A stretch of 64,000 nucleotides of DNA from Candidatus Omnitrophota bacterium (GTDB taxonomy: Bacteria; Omnitrophota; Gorgyraeia; Zapsychrales; Zapsychraceae). How positions within the stretch are numbered: the first letter of the stretch is position 1; each line of letters begins with the position of its first letter. The position numbers and the translations under genes were made by a program. Positions 9,103 to 18,902 of the stretch are shown here, in pieces. The notes below the pieces were generated by a model. That model saw only the letters and a list, made by a program, of their open reading frames with translations. It was not told the DNA's origin and ran no database searches. The stretch spans positions 26,184 through 90,183 of the forward strand of contig JADFYE010000002.1 in the NCBI GenBank assembly GCA_015233195.1, read 5' to 3'.

Positions 9103-9798
9103 CTATTTTATAGCTTCTCCTCGTAAAATCCCTGGTAACGGGCTAACATCAATCCGTATACCACCATTGTGTTCTATCTTAACCACATAAAGATTACCTG
9201 GAATAAACATTGTTCCTGGCGCTTCAATCTGCGCATTTTTTATACCCATAGTATCAGCTTTTTTAGGATCAAGGGCATACTCCCAGAATTTAGTCCATAA
9301 CTCTCCTTCATACCCATCTGATCTACCGGTGATCTTATAACCTGAAGGTATCTGAAAAGCCGGATTGATCTCAAATTCCTGTGTATTCTTTCCGTCTAAC
9401 ATAAATACTTTCCAAAAAACATAAGCACTTTTGTCTTTTAATTTATGCGCTTCCTTAATATGTATATCCTTAAATCGGATCACCAAAGACTGAAACTGTA
9501 TTATATTACCCGAAAAAGTAAAATATTTAGGTTCTAAAGGCTGACTATTAGTTCCGTATTCCAAAAATTTAATCGTAGTAAAAGTCTTTTTCTGTAATTC
9601 ATCATACTTGACATTTGTGACCAATACCTCAGCAATGCGGGAATCAGCCTCTAGCCTATGTATTATTTGCTTTAATACTGTTTCCCGATCTAAAAAAAAT
9701 TTTAAATTTTTATAACCCCATGATCCCGCCAATAAAACACCGATCACCCCAATTAGAAAAATAACATTTTTAAAATTAAACAATTTATTAATGCCCAT
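9103..9798 (-). CDS. Hypothetical membrane-anchored protein
   Basis: 231 aa ORF with an N-terminal TM helix (VIFLIGVIGVLLAGSW). No family recognised. Its start overlaps the stop of the upstream TPR gene. Confidence 0.5.
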   Translation of the reverse strand: MGINKLFNFKNVIFLIGVIGVLLAGSWGYKNLKFFLDRETVLKQIIHRLEADSRIAEVLVTNVKYDELQKKTFTTIKFLEYGTNSQPLEPKYFTFSGNIIQFQSLVIRFKDIHIKEAHKLKDKSAYVFWKVFMLDGKNTQEFEINPAFQIPSGYKITGRSDGYEGELWTKFWEYALDPKKADTMGIKNAQIEAPGTMFIPGNLYVVKIEHNGGIRIDVSPLPGILRGEAIK

Positions 9799-10739
9799 TA
9801 AAAAGTCCTCAATTCAATTGTGTTTTTTTCTATATTTCCCTTGTCCATTTTCATATCCTTTGAAAGCGCAGCTTTAGCAAAAAATCCTTTAGCCAATTCT
9901 TCCTCCCCCATAACATGCGCTATTTTAGCAATAGCCAAAAGCGAAGCCGCATGATTTGGTTCATGATGGAGTATTTCTTTAAAATAACCTCCAGCCTCGG
10001 CAAACTGCTGAAGTCCCATTAAAGCTATACCCTTATAATAAAAAAAGAACAATGGATCATTATACTGCTTCTTAATACCTTCATTTATTAATTTTAACGC
10101 TGAATTATAATCATTTTTATTAATATAACATTGTATCATTCTCTCATAACTTAACAAATAACGTTCTTCCAGCCTAGTCTTTAACTCTGCACTACTTTTC
10201 CCTTCTCCAGATAATATCTGAATATAAATTTTGGAACCAAGTAATCTTTTAAACGAATAAAACTTATCCATAGCCAACGCTTTTTGAAAATATTCAAAAG
10301 CTAAATCATATTTAGCCTGAGTATAAAAAAATTCAGCTAAATTAAAATAAGTATAAAAAAACTGCGGATCTTGTTTTACTGCACGTGTATAATATTTTCT
10401 CGCCGTAGAAATATCATTATTACAAAAAGCTAAATATCCTAAAATTAAAGAACTATCTGAAGAATCAGTAAATCTTTCCACCGTTAAATAATACCGCCAA
10501 TATAACCAAAATTTCCCCGAATTAAATTTTCCCGTATTAATATCATATTCCTGTAAATAATCAAAATTCGGCAACATATAATTTAATATCTTAACAATAG
10601 CTTTTTCATTCGCCTGTTTTAAATCCGCGAATATCGCCACAAATAAAAATATACCAAAATACAAAACAATACCTCTTTTAAATAACCACAAACCCAATTT
10701 TTTAATATTTGCAATATACAATCTGATCCGCTCTTTCAT
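9798..10739 (-). CDS. TPR-repeat protein with N-terminal TM anchor (paralog of 15060-16004)
   Basis: 313 aa with an N-terminal hydrophobic helix and TPR-like repeats (ARKYYTRAVKQDPQF.., AFEYFQKALAMD.., AGGYFKEILHHEPNH). Confidence 0.7.
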   Translation of the reverse strand: MKERIRLYIANIKKLGLWLFKRGIVLYFGIFLFVAIFADLKQANEKAIVKILNYMLPNFDYLQEYDINTGKFNSGKFWLYWRYYLTVERFTDSSDSSLILGYLAFCNNDISTARKYYTRAVKQDPQFFYTYFNLAEFFYTQAKYDLAFEYFQKALAMDKFYSFKRLLGSKIYIQILSGEGKSSAELKTRLEERYLLSYERMIQCYINKNDYNSALKLINEGIKKQYNDPLFFFYYKGIALMGLQQFAEAGGYFKEILHHEPNHAASLLAIAKIAHVMGEEELAKGFFAKAALSKDMKMDKGNIEKNTIELRTF

Positions 10740-12856
10740 TCTTGCCTCACCCTAAAAAAATTTTTTACACCTAAAAACAACAGCGCAATAAATATAAAAT
10801 AAAAAAACATAAAATTTACAACCTTAGTAATTATCAATCCCCTTGGCAAATATTCAAACATCACTGTATTCTTTCCCTCAGGAAGCAGGATACCTTTAAA
10901 AGCAAAATTAGAGCGAACTATAATTCCAGGCTCCCCATTAATCCTAACGGTCCACCCCGGAAAATAAACATCATTTAAAACTAAAAATTTAGGACTATAA
11001 AAATTTGTTTCTATAAAAAAATGGTTAACATCACTGGGCAATAAACGGAATCCTTCTCCGGGTTCTCCTGGCAAAATCTGCACCGTATCTTCTCCATTCA
11101 AGCTTTTAACAAATACTTTTGATCTATTATTAAGATCTTTAATATTATTGGGCTTAAACATAACTGTCTCATCCGGAAAAAATTGCACTTTATCATAAAA
11201 AATTACTAGATCTTTCAAATAATTTTTCTTAACTTCTGGATCCGTAAACATAAAAAAAGTATTAAAATAAGGCGTGGTTATCCATAACGCTACCGGCGAC
11301 TCCTTTTTGCTATCCTCTTCAACATTTGAAAAAGTAGAACGATCCTTTTCATTAATTAACGGAGTTTTAGCCTGCTGCACCAATTCAGCTGATTTCCAGA
11401 CCACCGAATAAACCTCAGCCGCATTTATTAATACTGCTAATAACAATATGCAAATACCAAATATATTAGTAAATTTTACTTTACTAACCAGATACAGCCA
11501 CCAAAATAACCAACTTAATATCACTAAAAAATAAACCGTAAAAATATTTATCCCAACAAATATTAAATACACCAGAAAAACTATATGTAAAAAAGTTATT
11601 TTTTTAAACCACTTAAATTTATCCTCGGAATTACTCATAGCCTCCTTAAACAATCCTTTAAATAAGCCTACTGACAATAAAATCAAACCCGGTAAAAATA
11701 TCAACCAAGTTAAATAATTAGTATTGCGAAAATATTTAAAAACAAAAAAATACTTGTTAAGAAACGCTCGTATCGGGAAAGCCTCTGGAGATCCAATCAC
11801 AAAAAATATTAATAATATCAAGGTCAAAGAGATAATGCGTCTATTTAGGCGAGTTAAACATCCTAAGAAAAATAATAAATAAAACAAAGGAGACATATAA
11901 AATGTATAAATGTCCAAATCTTCTTTATTTTGAACTAAAGAAGCCGGATTCCAATGTGCGAATATGCCCAAATCAACTTTTAAAGAATGCTCACTTACCT
12001 TAAATCCATTGCCAGCGAGAGAGACCAGCTGTTGACCCCGATTAGGTAAAATTATGTCGCCCCTCTTACCCATTTGAAACAAATTTATTAAAGGGATCAT
12101 CGCACATAATATTGCCGTAATCCCAATAAATGTTACCAAAGGGTGTTCCTTAAAAAATGTCTTACCTCGGTCCAAAGCTTTTAATAATTCACTAAAATAT
12201 ACAATACTTACAACTAAAACTGCTACCGCAAGAATCAAAATAAAATACACTGGAATATACGTAGTCAAAAGTATCATTAATGTTAAAACACTACCCAAAA
12301 AACATAATTTATTCGGAACCCGCCAAAAAGAAAAGAAAAAATAAAAAAACCAAATACCCGGCGTAAGAATCAAAACAATATAAGTGTAGTACAATATAAA
12401 TCCCCAACACGAAAACAATAAACCCATAGCCGCTAACATCGCAAAAATTCTATCTTCCCAAATTAACCTTGCTAATAAATAAAAACCAATTACCCCAATA
12501 AAAAAATAACCACATAAAAAACTCAGATACACCACATTTATCGGTAATCCAGCTTTCAACAAAATTACCATAAGACCATAAACTGGATTATAATCACCTA
12601 TCCTTCGAAGAAAAAACTCATTAGGAACTCCACCCGGATCACTGCGAGTCCATAAAGGATAAACCCCAGAACTTATCGTAGAAACAAAAGCTTTTATACG
12701 CTCATTATATGACCAAGCTTCTTCCGGGAAACTCAAGCCTCCTTTTAAAAAGGGGGTCATTAAAAGCAACCAAAATAAAAAAACAAAAGAGAAAAATAAA
12801 ACAACTTTTGCTCCAGAAGAAATCCGATTATTTATAAAAGAAAAAATATTTTTCAT
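10736..12856 (-). CDS. Polytopic membrane protein, YfhO-like glycosyl/lipid transferase family (paralog of 13007-15070)
   Basis: 706 aa with many TM helices. The C-terminal soluble tail has the YfhO-type ending (YFPGWTVRINGEPG..FAFKGILLPEGKNTVMFEY) followed by a final TM. Confidence 0.5.
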   Translation of the reverse strand: MKNIFSFINNRISSGAKVVLFFSFVFLFWLLLMTPFLKGGLSFPEEAWSYNERIKAFVSTISSGVYPLWTRSDPGGVPNEFFLRRIGDYNPVYGLMVILLKAGLPINVVYLSFLCGYFFIGVIGFYLLARLIWEDRIFAMLAAMGLLFSCWGFILYYTYIVLILTPGIWFFYFFFSFWRVPNKLCFLGSVLTLMILLTTYIPVYFILILAVAVLVVSIVYFSELLKALDRGKTFFKEHPLVTFIGITAILCAMIPLINLFQMGKRGDIILPNRGQQLVSLAGNGFKVSEHSLKVDLGIFAHWNPASLVQNKEDLDIYTFYMSPLFYLLFFLGCLTRLNRRIISLTLILLIFFVIGSPEAFPIRAFLNKYFFVFKYFRNTNYLTWLIFLPGLILLSVGLFKGLFKEAMSNSEDKFKWFKKITFLHIVFLVYLIFVGINIFTVYFLVILSWLFWWLYLVSKVKFTNIFGICILLLAVLINAAEVYSVVWKSAELVQQAKTPLINEKDRSTFSNVEEDSKKESPVALWITTPYFNTFFMFTDPEVKKNYLKDLVIFYDKVQFFPDETVMFKPNNIKDLNNRSKVFVKSLNGEDTVQILPGEPGEGFRLLPSDVNHFFIETNFYSPKFLVLNDVYFPGWTVRINGEPGIIVRSNFAFKGILLPEGKNTVMFEYLPRGLIITKVVNFMFFYFIFIALLFLGVKNFFRVRQE

Positions 12857-12881
12857 AAAATGAATTTTACCTCACAATTTG

Positions 12882-12899
12882 TTTTCATTATAATGAAAA
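12882..12899. promoter_or_regulatory. Perfect 18-bp palindrome in the 150-bp divergent intergenic region between the two YfhO-like genes
   Basis: ttttcattataatgaaaa is its own reverse complement and embeds a TATAAT-like hexamer. Confidence 0.35.
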
Positions 12900-13006
12900 T
12901 GTGCTGAAATACTGAGGAAATTTAACAAATTTATTGTATACTAACAAAATAATAATAACCATCCTCTGAAAACAACTATTTTACGATATATAATTTAATT
13001 AAATCA

Positions 13007-15070
13007 ATGAAAAAATATACAATAATATTATTATTTATTGCAGCAGTCATAATATGGTTTTTATCCTTGAACGATTTTTTCACTGGAAAAATCCCAATCC
13101 GTGGTGACGCCCAATCGTATCTTGAACAAACATTATATTATGCCTATCACATGACCAATGGTACTTTTCCGCTTTGGAACAATCAATGGGCATTAGGAGT
13201 ACAAAATAATTTTTTCCTGCAACGGATAGGGGCTATTAACCCTTGCTATCTAATTATAATCGCTGCTTTAAAAATCGGGGTTGCACCTAACCAAGCATAC
13301 TTACTCTTTATTGCCATATATCATTTACTTTCAATCATCGGATTTTATCTTATTTGTAAAGAACTACTAAAAAGCAGAATATTGGCGTTTAGCGGAAGTC
13401 TAATTCTTCTTTTTTCTACACACTCAATAAATCTTTTTACAACGTATACTCACCTTATATTTGTTCCTTTAGTCTGGTTTTTTTATTTTCTACTAAAATT
13501 CACTCTTGCTCCTAAAAAGCTATGGCTGTTAGGTATGACATTATGTATATCAATCTTATTGAACACTTATATTCCGATATATTTTTTATTTATATTTATA
13601 ATTTTCTTGATATTATATTGCGCCTTTTACAGTGCTACGCTGCCGTCGATATTTAAAAATTTTTTCCAATTCTCCCAAAAAAATCTAGTAACATCTTTAG
13701 TTTGCCTTATATTTATTATCTGTTCTTCTGTACCAGTATTATTGTTAAAGAAATCCGGGGATCAAAAGAATTTTGTGCTGCCTAACCGCCAAGATTCGAA
13801 TTCTGTAAGCGCGCTTACCATACCAATTAAAAACACAAAACAATTCGATTCGGTTGGAAATATATATTTTGACGAACAATTCGGCAATTATAAAGATATT
13901 CAATTACAAATTTCATTCTGGCCGATAACTCTATTCATATTGCTATTATTAGGACTAATAACACCCATAACCAGACTAAATTCTTTACTACTTTCCTGGG
14001 GATTAATCTTAACTATAATTTCTTCACCAAATTTAATGCCGGTAATATTTAAATATTTATATACGCATATCTACCTGCTTCACTATATTCGCATGCTCCA
14101 CTTTTTTCTATGGTTCGCGATCGCGCCAATATTCATACTACTAGCACTCGCACAATTTAAAAATCTACTCGATGTTCCAATTAACACCAAAAAAGATCGC
14201 TTTTTTTTATTAATTTATTTAAGCGCTATTGCTACTTTGCTTTTTATTTTATTATTATCAAATCATAATGATCTACTATCCCCTCCATTAACTGTCATTT
14301 TTATTTTTGGAATACTATGTCTGTATTTTTTAAAGAAAAAAAATTTTAGTTATCTGCTGCTTATAATTATAATCATCCAACCTATTGAAGTTTTTCATTA
14401 CCTTTCAACCAACGCTAAACAATTCGAATATAAACCTATACTATTAAATTTTACAAAAAACCCCTTCGTAAATAATTCCTACATATTTGAAAATTATTAT
14501 GCACCCCAAAATCAATTCGACCTAGTTAAAAACATTACAGAAAAAAGCCTATATAAATATTCTAAATACAACTTCATCGTATATGACAATGTCCAAACTG
14601 CTATTCCAGGTCCAGCAGCATATGCACAATTTAAAAACAACATTGATTCCCCAATAAACACCGCCTTAATATTTGAAACTAACACTCAAACCAATCTGGA
14701 TTCTTTAAATACACAAAAATCAGCTCAATTTATAACCCAAGCATATCCAGAATTTAAAATAACAAAATGGGATCCTATGGATATACAAATAAAAACCAAC
14801 TTTCCCAAAAATAAATTTTTAGTTTTCAATGATGCTAACCATGCGAACTGGCTTGCTTACATCGACCATAAAAAAACTTTAATTTTTACCGCAAATTTAG
14901 CATTTAAAGGTGTCTGGATACCGCAGGGAGAACACATTACACAATTTAAATACCACAATCCGATTGAACAAAATATATATTTTATTTTGTTGATCGGAAA
15001 TTATTTTTTGTTATTTATATTGCTCTTATCAACGTTGGGACTTTTAACTAAAAAAGAAAATGATAGATAA
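13007..15070 (+). CDS. Polytopic membrane protein, YfhO-like family (paralog of 10736-12856)
   Basis: 687 aa. Aligns by eye with the 706-aa protein (e.g. FPLWN..NFFLQRIGAINP vs YPLWT..EFFLRRIGDYNP). C-terminus reads HANWLAYIDHKK..LAFKGVWIPQGEHITQFKY. Confidence 0.5.
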   Translation: MKKYTIILLFIAAVIIWFLSLNDFFTGKIPIRGDAQSYLEQTLYYAYHMTNGTFPLWNNQWALGVQNNFFLQRIGAINPCYLIIIAALKIGVAPNQAYLLFIAIYHLLSIIGFYLICKELLKSRILAFSGSLILLFSTHSINLFTTYTHLIFVPLVWFFYFLLKFTLAPKKLWLLGMTLCISILLNTYIPIYFLFIFIIFLILYCAFYSATLPSIFKNFFQFSQKNLVTSLVCLIFIICSSVPVLLLKKSGDQKNFVLPNRQDSNSVSALTIPIKNTKQFDSVGNIYFDEQFGNYKDIQLQISFWPITLFILLLLGLITPITRLNSLLLSWGLILTIISSPNLMPVIFKYLYTHIYLLHYIRMLHFFLWFAIAPIFILLALAQFKNLLDVPINTKKDRFFLLIYLSAIATLLFILLLSNHNDLLSPPLTVIFIFGILCLYFLKKKNFSYLLLIIIIIQPIEVFHYLSTNAKQFEYKPILLNFTKNPFVNNSYIFENYYAPQNQFDLVKNITEKSLYKYSKYNFIVYDNVQTAIPGPAAYAQFKNNIDSPINTALIFETNTQTNLDSLNTQKSAQFITQAYPEFKITKWDPMDIQIKTNFPKNKFLVFNDANHANWLAYIDHKKTLIFTANLAFKGVWIPQGEHITQFKYHNPIEQNIYFILLIGNYFLLFILLLSTLGLLTKKENDR

Positions 15071-16004
15071 TAAACTACCCCAAAACCGTAAAGAACTTAA
15101 GCTCTGGTTATTTACCAGAATGCTATTCCTTTATCTTTGCGTATTTATTTTTGCTCTACCATTTATTGATATAAAAAATTTTAGAAATTATATTAATGGT
15201 TTACACATGAACTACTGTCTCCCCGTATTTAAAAATATTGTTGAATTAGAAATTTCCAACAAACCGCAGCCTATAGGTAGGATAAATTCATATATTTACT
15301 ACTACAAATTATTACAACGCGCCTCAAGAGAAAAATCAGTCGCAAATTCAACACTGGCTTTCTTATACGCATATAAAAGCCAAATTAATAACAGCGTCAA
15401 AAACTATGAACTTGCCTTTAAAGAGAATCCGACGTTTAAAACCTTTGCTTATAATTTAGGTTTAGCTTATTCCAAGCAAGGCAAATTTCAAAAATCTAAT
15501 GAAATATTATTACGTAATTTCGAATATTCTTTTGATCTTTCTGTTGCATTCATTGACGATTCTTTTGCTTATCAACAAATTCTCGGTAGTTGTGGGCTAT
15601 ATTACAAATCTGATATTCAAAAAATAATTATATCCCGAAATTCCGACGCGCATTTACTCGTGGCACAAAATTATTTAATGTTACAAGACTATACAAAACT
15701 ATTAGATTTTTCACTGAAATGTCTCAAAGATGAGCTTATATACAATCCAGAAGTATTTTTATATTACGCAGGTGTTGCTGAATATAACTTAAATAATCCG
15801 CAAAAAGCAAAAATGTATCTGGAAACTTTCATAAATAAAACCAGAGATGATCCGGACGCATTATATTTCTTAGCTTTAATATACAAAGCGAACAATGAAC
15901 AGGAAAAAGCAAATCAACTTATTGCCAGAGCACTAAGTGCTAAAGCACAAAATACAACTGTAATTCAAATGTTATTACAACAACTAAAATTTCATGTACT
16001 ATAA
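15060..16004 (+). CDS. TPR-repeat protein with N-terminal TM anchor (paralog of 9798-10739)
   Basis: 314 aa with the same length and layout as the 313-aa protein (LKLWLFTRMLFLYLCVFIF vs LGLWLFKRGIVLYFGIFLF), followed by TPR-like repeats. Confidence 0.7.
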   Translation: MIDNKLPQNRKELKLWLFTRMLFLYLCVFIFALPFIDIKNFRNYINGLHMNYCLPVFKNIVELEISNKPQPIGRINSYIYYYKLLQRASREKSVANSTLAFLYAYKSQINNSVKNYELAFKENPTFKTFAYNLGLAYSKQGKFQKSNEILLRNFEYSFDLSVAFIDDSFAYQQILGSCGLYYKSDIQKIIISRNSDAHLLVAQNYLMLQDYTKLLDFSLKCLKDELIYNPEVFLYYAGVAEYNLNNPQKAKMYLETFINKTRDDPDALYFLALIYKANNEQEKANQLIARALSAKAQNTTVIQMLLQQLKFHVL

Positions 16005-17346
16005 AAAACTGCTCCTCTTAAAAGTACTGATAATAGGTCTATTGACCGGATTAACTATTTTCTATTTTCATCTTCAACAACCCAAAACTCAAAGTAATAC
16101 TATATTTACAAAATTATTTGATTCTCAAAATCACCCGTCAGGATTTAAATTTTATACCGATGAAATTAATCCCAAAATTCTGGGTTACGGAGGCAAATTC
16201 CGCATCTTAGTAACTTTGGATTCTGATCTTAAAATCACTGAAGCGCAATTAATCGAACATCACGAAACCGCTGCATACATAAATGAGAGAATAGAAAAAT
16301 TTCTTTACCAATTTATAGGTAAATCAGGAGAACATTTTAAAATCGGGCAAAATATTGATGCTATGACCAGAGCAACGATCAGCAGCAAAGCGTTTACCTC
16401 TTCAATTGAACAAGGTATAGAAAAAATCCGGCAAATAATTAGTGACAGGCACTATTTTTCTAAAAAAAATACTAAAAAAATAGTGCCTGTCACTAATTAT
16501 TTTGACCAAATTATACCCTTTTTACTATTCATGCTCGCCATACTCGCAATGCTAAACGCAAACCAAATTTTACGCTGGATCACACTATTAACCTCCCTAA
16601 TATATTTAGGCATAATAAAAAGCTCCATGCTTTCAATAATCACATTGGGAAATATCTCCCTCGGACAAACACCAGATTATAACCTTAATCCGATCTGGTA
16701 TATTTTGATGACACTGAATTTGCTTACCCTAATATTATTCAAAAATGTTTACTGCGCTAGTATCTGTCCATTTTTAGCAGTACAAGATATTGCCAATACC
16801 ATCAGACAAAAATTACATTTTTCTTCTATACCAATGAACAATAAATTGCGCATAACTAAATATTTTGTTTTAGGCATAGCCTTATTACTTTTTATAATTT
16901 ATCGAAACACAGACGCTATCATATTTGAACCCTACGTCTTATTATTCAGTGGAAACCCATCTGTATACGGTTTAATACTATTAATCATTCTTATCGCAAC
17001 CTCATTTTTTATTTACCGTTTCTGGTGCAAATTTTTTTGCCCATGGGGAGCTTTACAAAAATTAATATACAAACTAAACCTTTTTACTGTTCCAGCGCCA
17101 AAATCAACCATTGAAGAAAAAAATGATTCTAAAAAAATATTCCTGACCCTCTATATAATAACTATAGTATTTATAATTCTGACTATAGCCTTCAATATCA
17201 CAAATTTAAAAAAATCTACTATCTCTGCACACTCTCCAGGTACCAATGTCTTAATGACAGAAAAAAATGAAAGTGATAAAATAAAAAAAGAATTAGAAGC
17301 AAAAGGAATTAGACCAGTTTCAGCAAAATATTGGGAAAAATTATGA
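15994..17346 (+). CDS. Membrane protein with periplasmic FMN-binding domain and NapH/NosR-type CxxxCP Fe-S motifs
   Basis: 450 aa. FMN_bind-like segment (IDAMTRATISSKAF), then polytopic TMs with CASICPF and CKFFCPWGALQ motifs. Confidence 0.6.
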   Translation: MYYKKLLLLKVLIIGLLTGLTIFYFHLQQPKTQSNTIFTKLFDSQNHPSGFKFYTDEINPKILGYGGKFRILVTLDSDLKITEAQLIEHHETAAYINERIEKFLYQFIGKSGEHFKIGQNIDAMTRATISSKAFTSSIEQGIEKIRQIISDRHYFSKKNTKKIVPVTNYFDQIIPFLLFMLAILAMLNANQILRWITLLTSLIYLGIIKSSMLSIITLGNISLGQTPDYNLNPIWYILMTLNLLTLILFKNVYCASICPFLAVQDIANTIRQKLHFSSIPMNNKLRITKYFVLGIALLLFIIYRNTDAIIFEPYVLLFSGNPSVYGLILLIILIATSFFIYRFWCKFFCPWGALQKLIYKLNLFTVPAPKSTIEEKNDSKKIFLTLYIITIVFIILTIAFNITNLKKSTISAHSPGTNVLMTEKNESDKIKKELEAKGIRPVSAKYWEKL

Positions 17347-18311
17347 TTAAGTGCGATCTTTGCCCCAGACATTGTCAAATCGCTCCTGGAAAACGGGGAA
17401 ATTGCGGCGTGCGCATAAACTTAGACGGAGAACTTAAAACTCTTGTATATGGGAAACCCTGTGCAGTACATGTTGACCCTATTGAAAAAAAACCTTTATT
17501 CCATTTTTTACCAGGTAGCAAAGCTTTTTCAATAGCAACCGCAGGATGCAACTTACACTGTAAATACTGCCAAAACTGGGAAATCTCCCAACGTCTTCCC
17601 GAAGATGTGGAAAGCATAGATATGCCGCCGCAAAAAGTGGTGGATGAAGCCTTGCGTACAGAATGCAAAAGTATAGCTTACACTTATTCAGACCCAATCA
17701 TTTTTTATGAATACACTTATGATATTTCAAAACTGGCTAAACAACACAATGTCCGAAATGTACTAATTACTGCCGGGTGGATAGAGCAACAAGCCTTGAT
17801 CGATCTCTTGCCATACACAGACGCAATCAAAATTGATTTCAAAGGTATAACTGAAGAATTCTATCAAAAAATGTCTGAAGCTACTTTACAACCAGTATTA
17901 GACGCTATAAAAACTATCCATAAAAATAACACCTGGCTAGAATTGGTAAACCTAGTAGTACCAACTTGGAATGATTCAGACGCTGACATAGAGAAACTTT
18001 GTTCCTGGATACTTGATAATGTGGGACCAAATACTCCGCTGCATTTCTCAAAATTCTGGCCAATACATAAACTAGAAAATCTACCCCCTACCCCTGTAGC
18101 AACGCTCACTCGCGCGTGGGAAATAGCAAAAAACAAAGGCTTAAATTTTGTTTATATTGGTAATGTGCCCGGACACCCCGGTAATAATACTTATTGTCCA
18201 CAATGCAAAAAAATCGCCATTAAACGAGAAGGTTACGAGATATTAGAATATAATTTGGACAATGGCACATGTAAATTTTGTGCAAATAAAATTCCTGGAA
18301 TATGGGAATGA
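17343..18311 (+). CDS. Radical SAM enzyme, AmmeMemoRadiSam-system type (PflA-like activase fold)
   Basis: N-terminal Cys cluster CDLCPRHCQIAPGKRGNCGVR, radical SAM motif CNLHCKYCQNW, C-terminal CPQC..CKFC. ATG 17343 overlaps the upstream stop (ATGA); the track used TTG at 17331. Confidence 0.8.
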   Translation: MIKCDLCPRHCQIAPGKRGNCGVRINLDGELKTLVYGKPCAVHVDPIEKKPLFHFLPGSKAFSIATAGCNLHCKYCQNWEISQRLPEDVESIDMPPQKVVDEALRTECKSIAYTYSDPIIFYEYTYDISKLAKQHNVRNVLITAGWIEQQALIDLLPYTDAIKIDFKGITEEFYQKMSEATLQPVLDAIKTIHKNNTWLELVNLVVPTWNDSDADIEKLCSWILDNVGPNTPLHFSKFWPIHKLENLPPTPVATLTRAWEIAKNKGLNFVYIGNVPGHPGNNTYCPQCKKIAIKREGYEILEYNLDNGTCKFCANKIPGIWE

Positions 18312-18472
18312 AAAATATGACAAGACGAGAATTTTTGAAATTACTAGGATTGACCTTAGCCGCGATTCTTATACCATTAGATAAAATATCCAAAGGACTA
18401 AACTTTGGTAAGAATAAAACCAGCCTTATGTCCGCACGCTATTACACTCAAAATGATTCCCTTGCAGGATAA
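18308..18472 (+). CDS. Small ORF (54 aa from ATG 18308, 51 aa from ATG 18317) consisting essentially of a twin-arginine (Tat) signal peptide; not in the supplied ORF track
   Basis: Own translation: MKNMTRREFLKLLGLTLAAILIPLDKISKGLNFGKNKTSLMSARYYTQNDSLAG. ATG 18308 overlaps the radical SAM stop (ATGA). It matches the Tat consensus (S/T)RRxFLK. Confidence 0.45.
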   Translation: MKNMTRREFLKLLGLTLAAILIPLDKISKGLNFGKNKTSLMSARYYTQNDSLAG

Positions 18473-18901
18473 CTAATTTTTTTTCTTAGGATGCTGTGCA
18501 ATTATTTTATTTATACGAGTAACCAATTCATACGCCAATTTATCTTTTTTTCGCGCAATAATCTGATCTGGATATTTATGTTCTATTACACTATCCAATT
18601 CCCGAATAATACGTTCAAACCCTCCGACCAGCCTGCTCGAAACTGTAAAAGCTATAAATACTGTTAAAACGAACATCGACCATACTGTAACTAATAATAC
18701 AAAAGCTGCTTGTTCAATAAAATGCACCATGTCTATTGATGATCCATAAATTAAATTCACAATCGCCTGCATATGCATATTCCTTACTAAAAATGTAACC
18801 GTCAAAGCAATTATCAACATCGGCACAAAAGTAATCATGATTATCGAAAACTGATATTGATTAAACCGAAAAAATTTATTTCGCTTCACTTTAGCTGGCA
18901 T
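18473..18901 (-). CDS. Small two-TM membrane protein, unknown function
   Basis: 142 aa with two hydrophobic helices and a C-terminal amphipathic segment. Lies 1 nt downstream of the spermidine-synthase-like gene. Confidence 0.5.
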   Translation of the reverse strand: MPAKVKRNKFFRFNQYQFSIIMITFVPMLIIALTVTFLVRNMHMQAIVNLIYGSSIDMVHFIEQAAFVLLVTVWSMFVLTVFIAFTVSSRLVGGFERIIRELDSVIEHKYPDQIIARKKDKLAYELVTRINKIIAQHPKKKN

Positions 18902-18902
18902 A

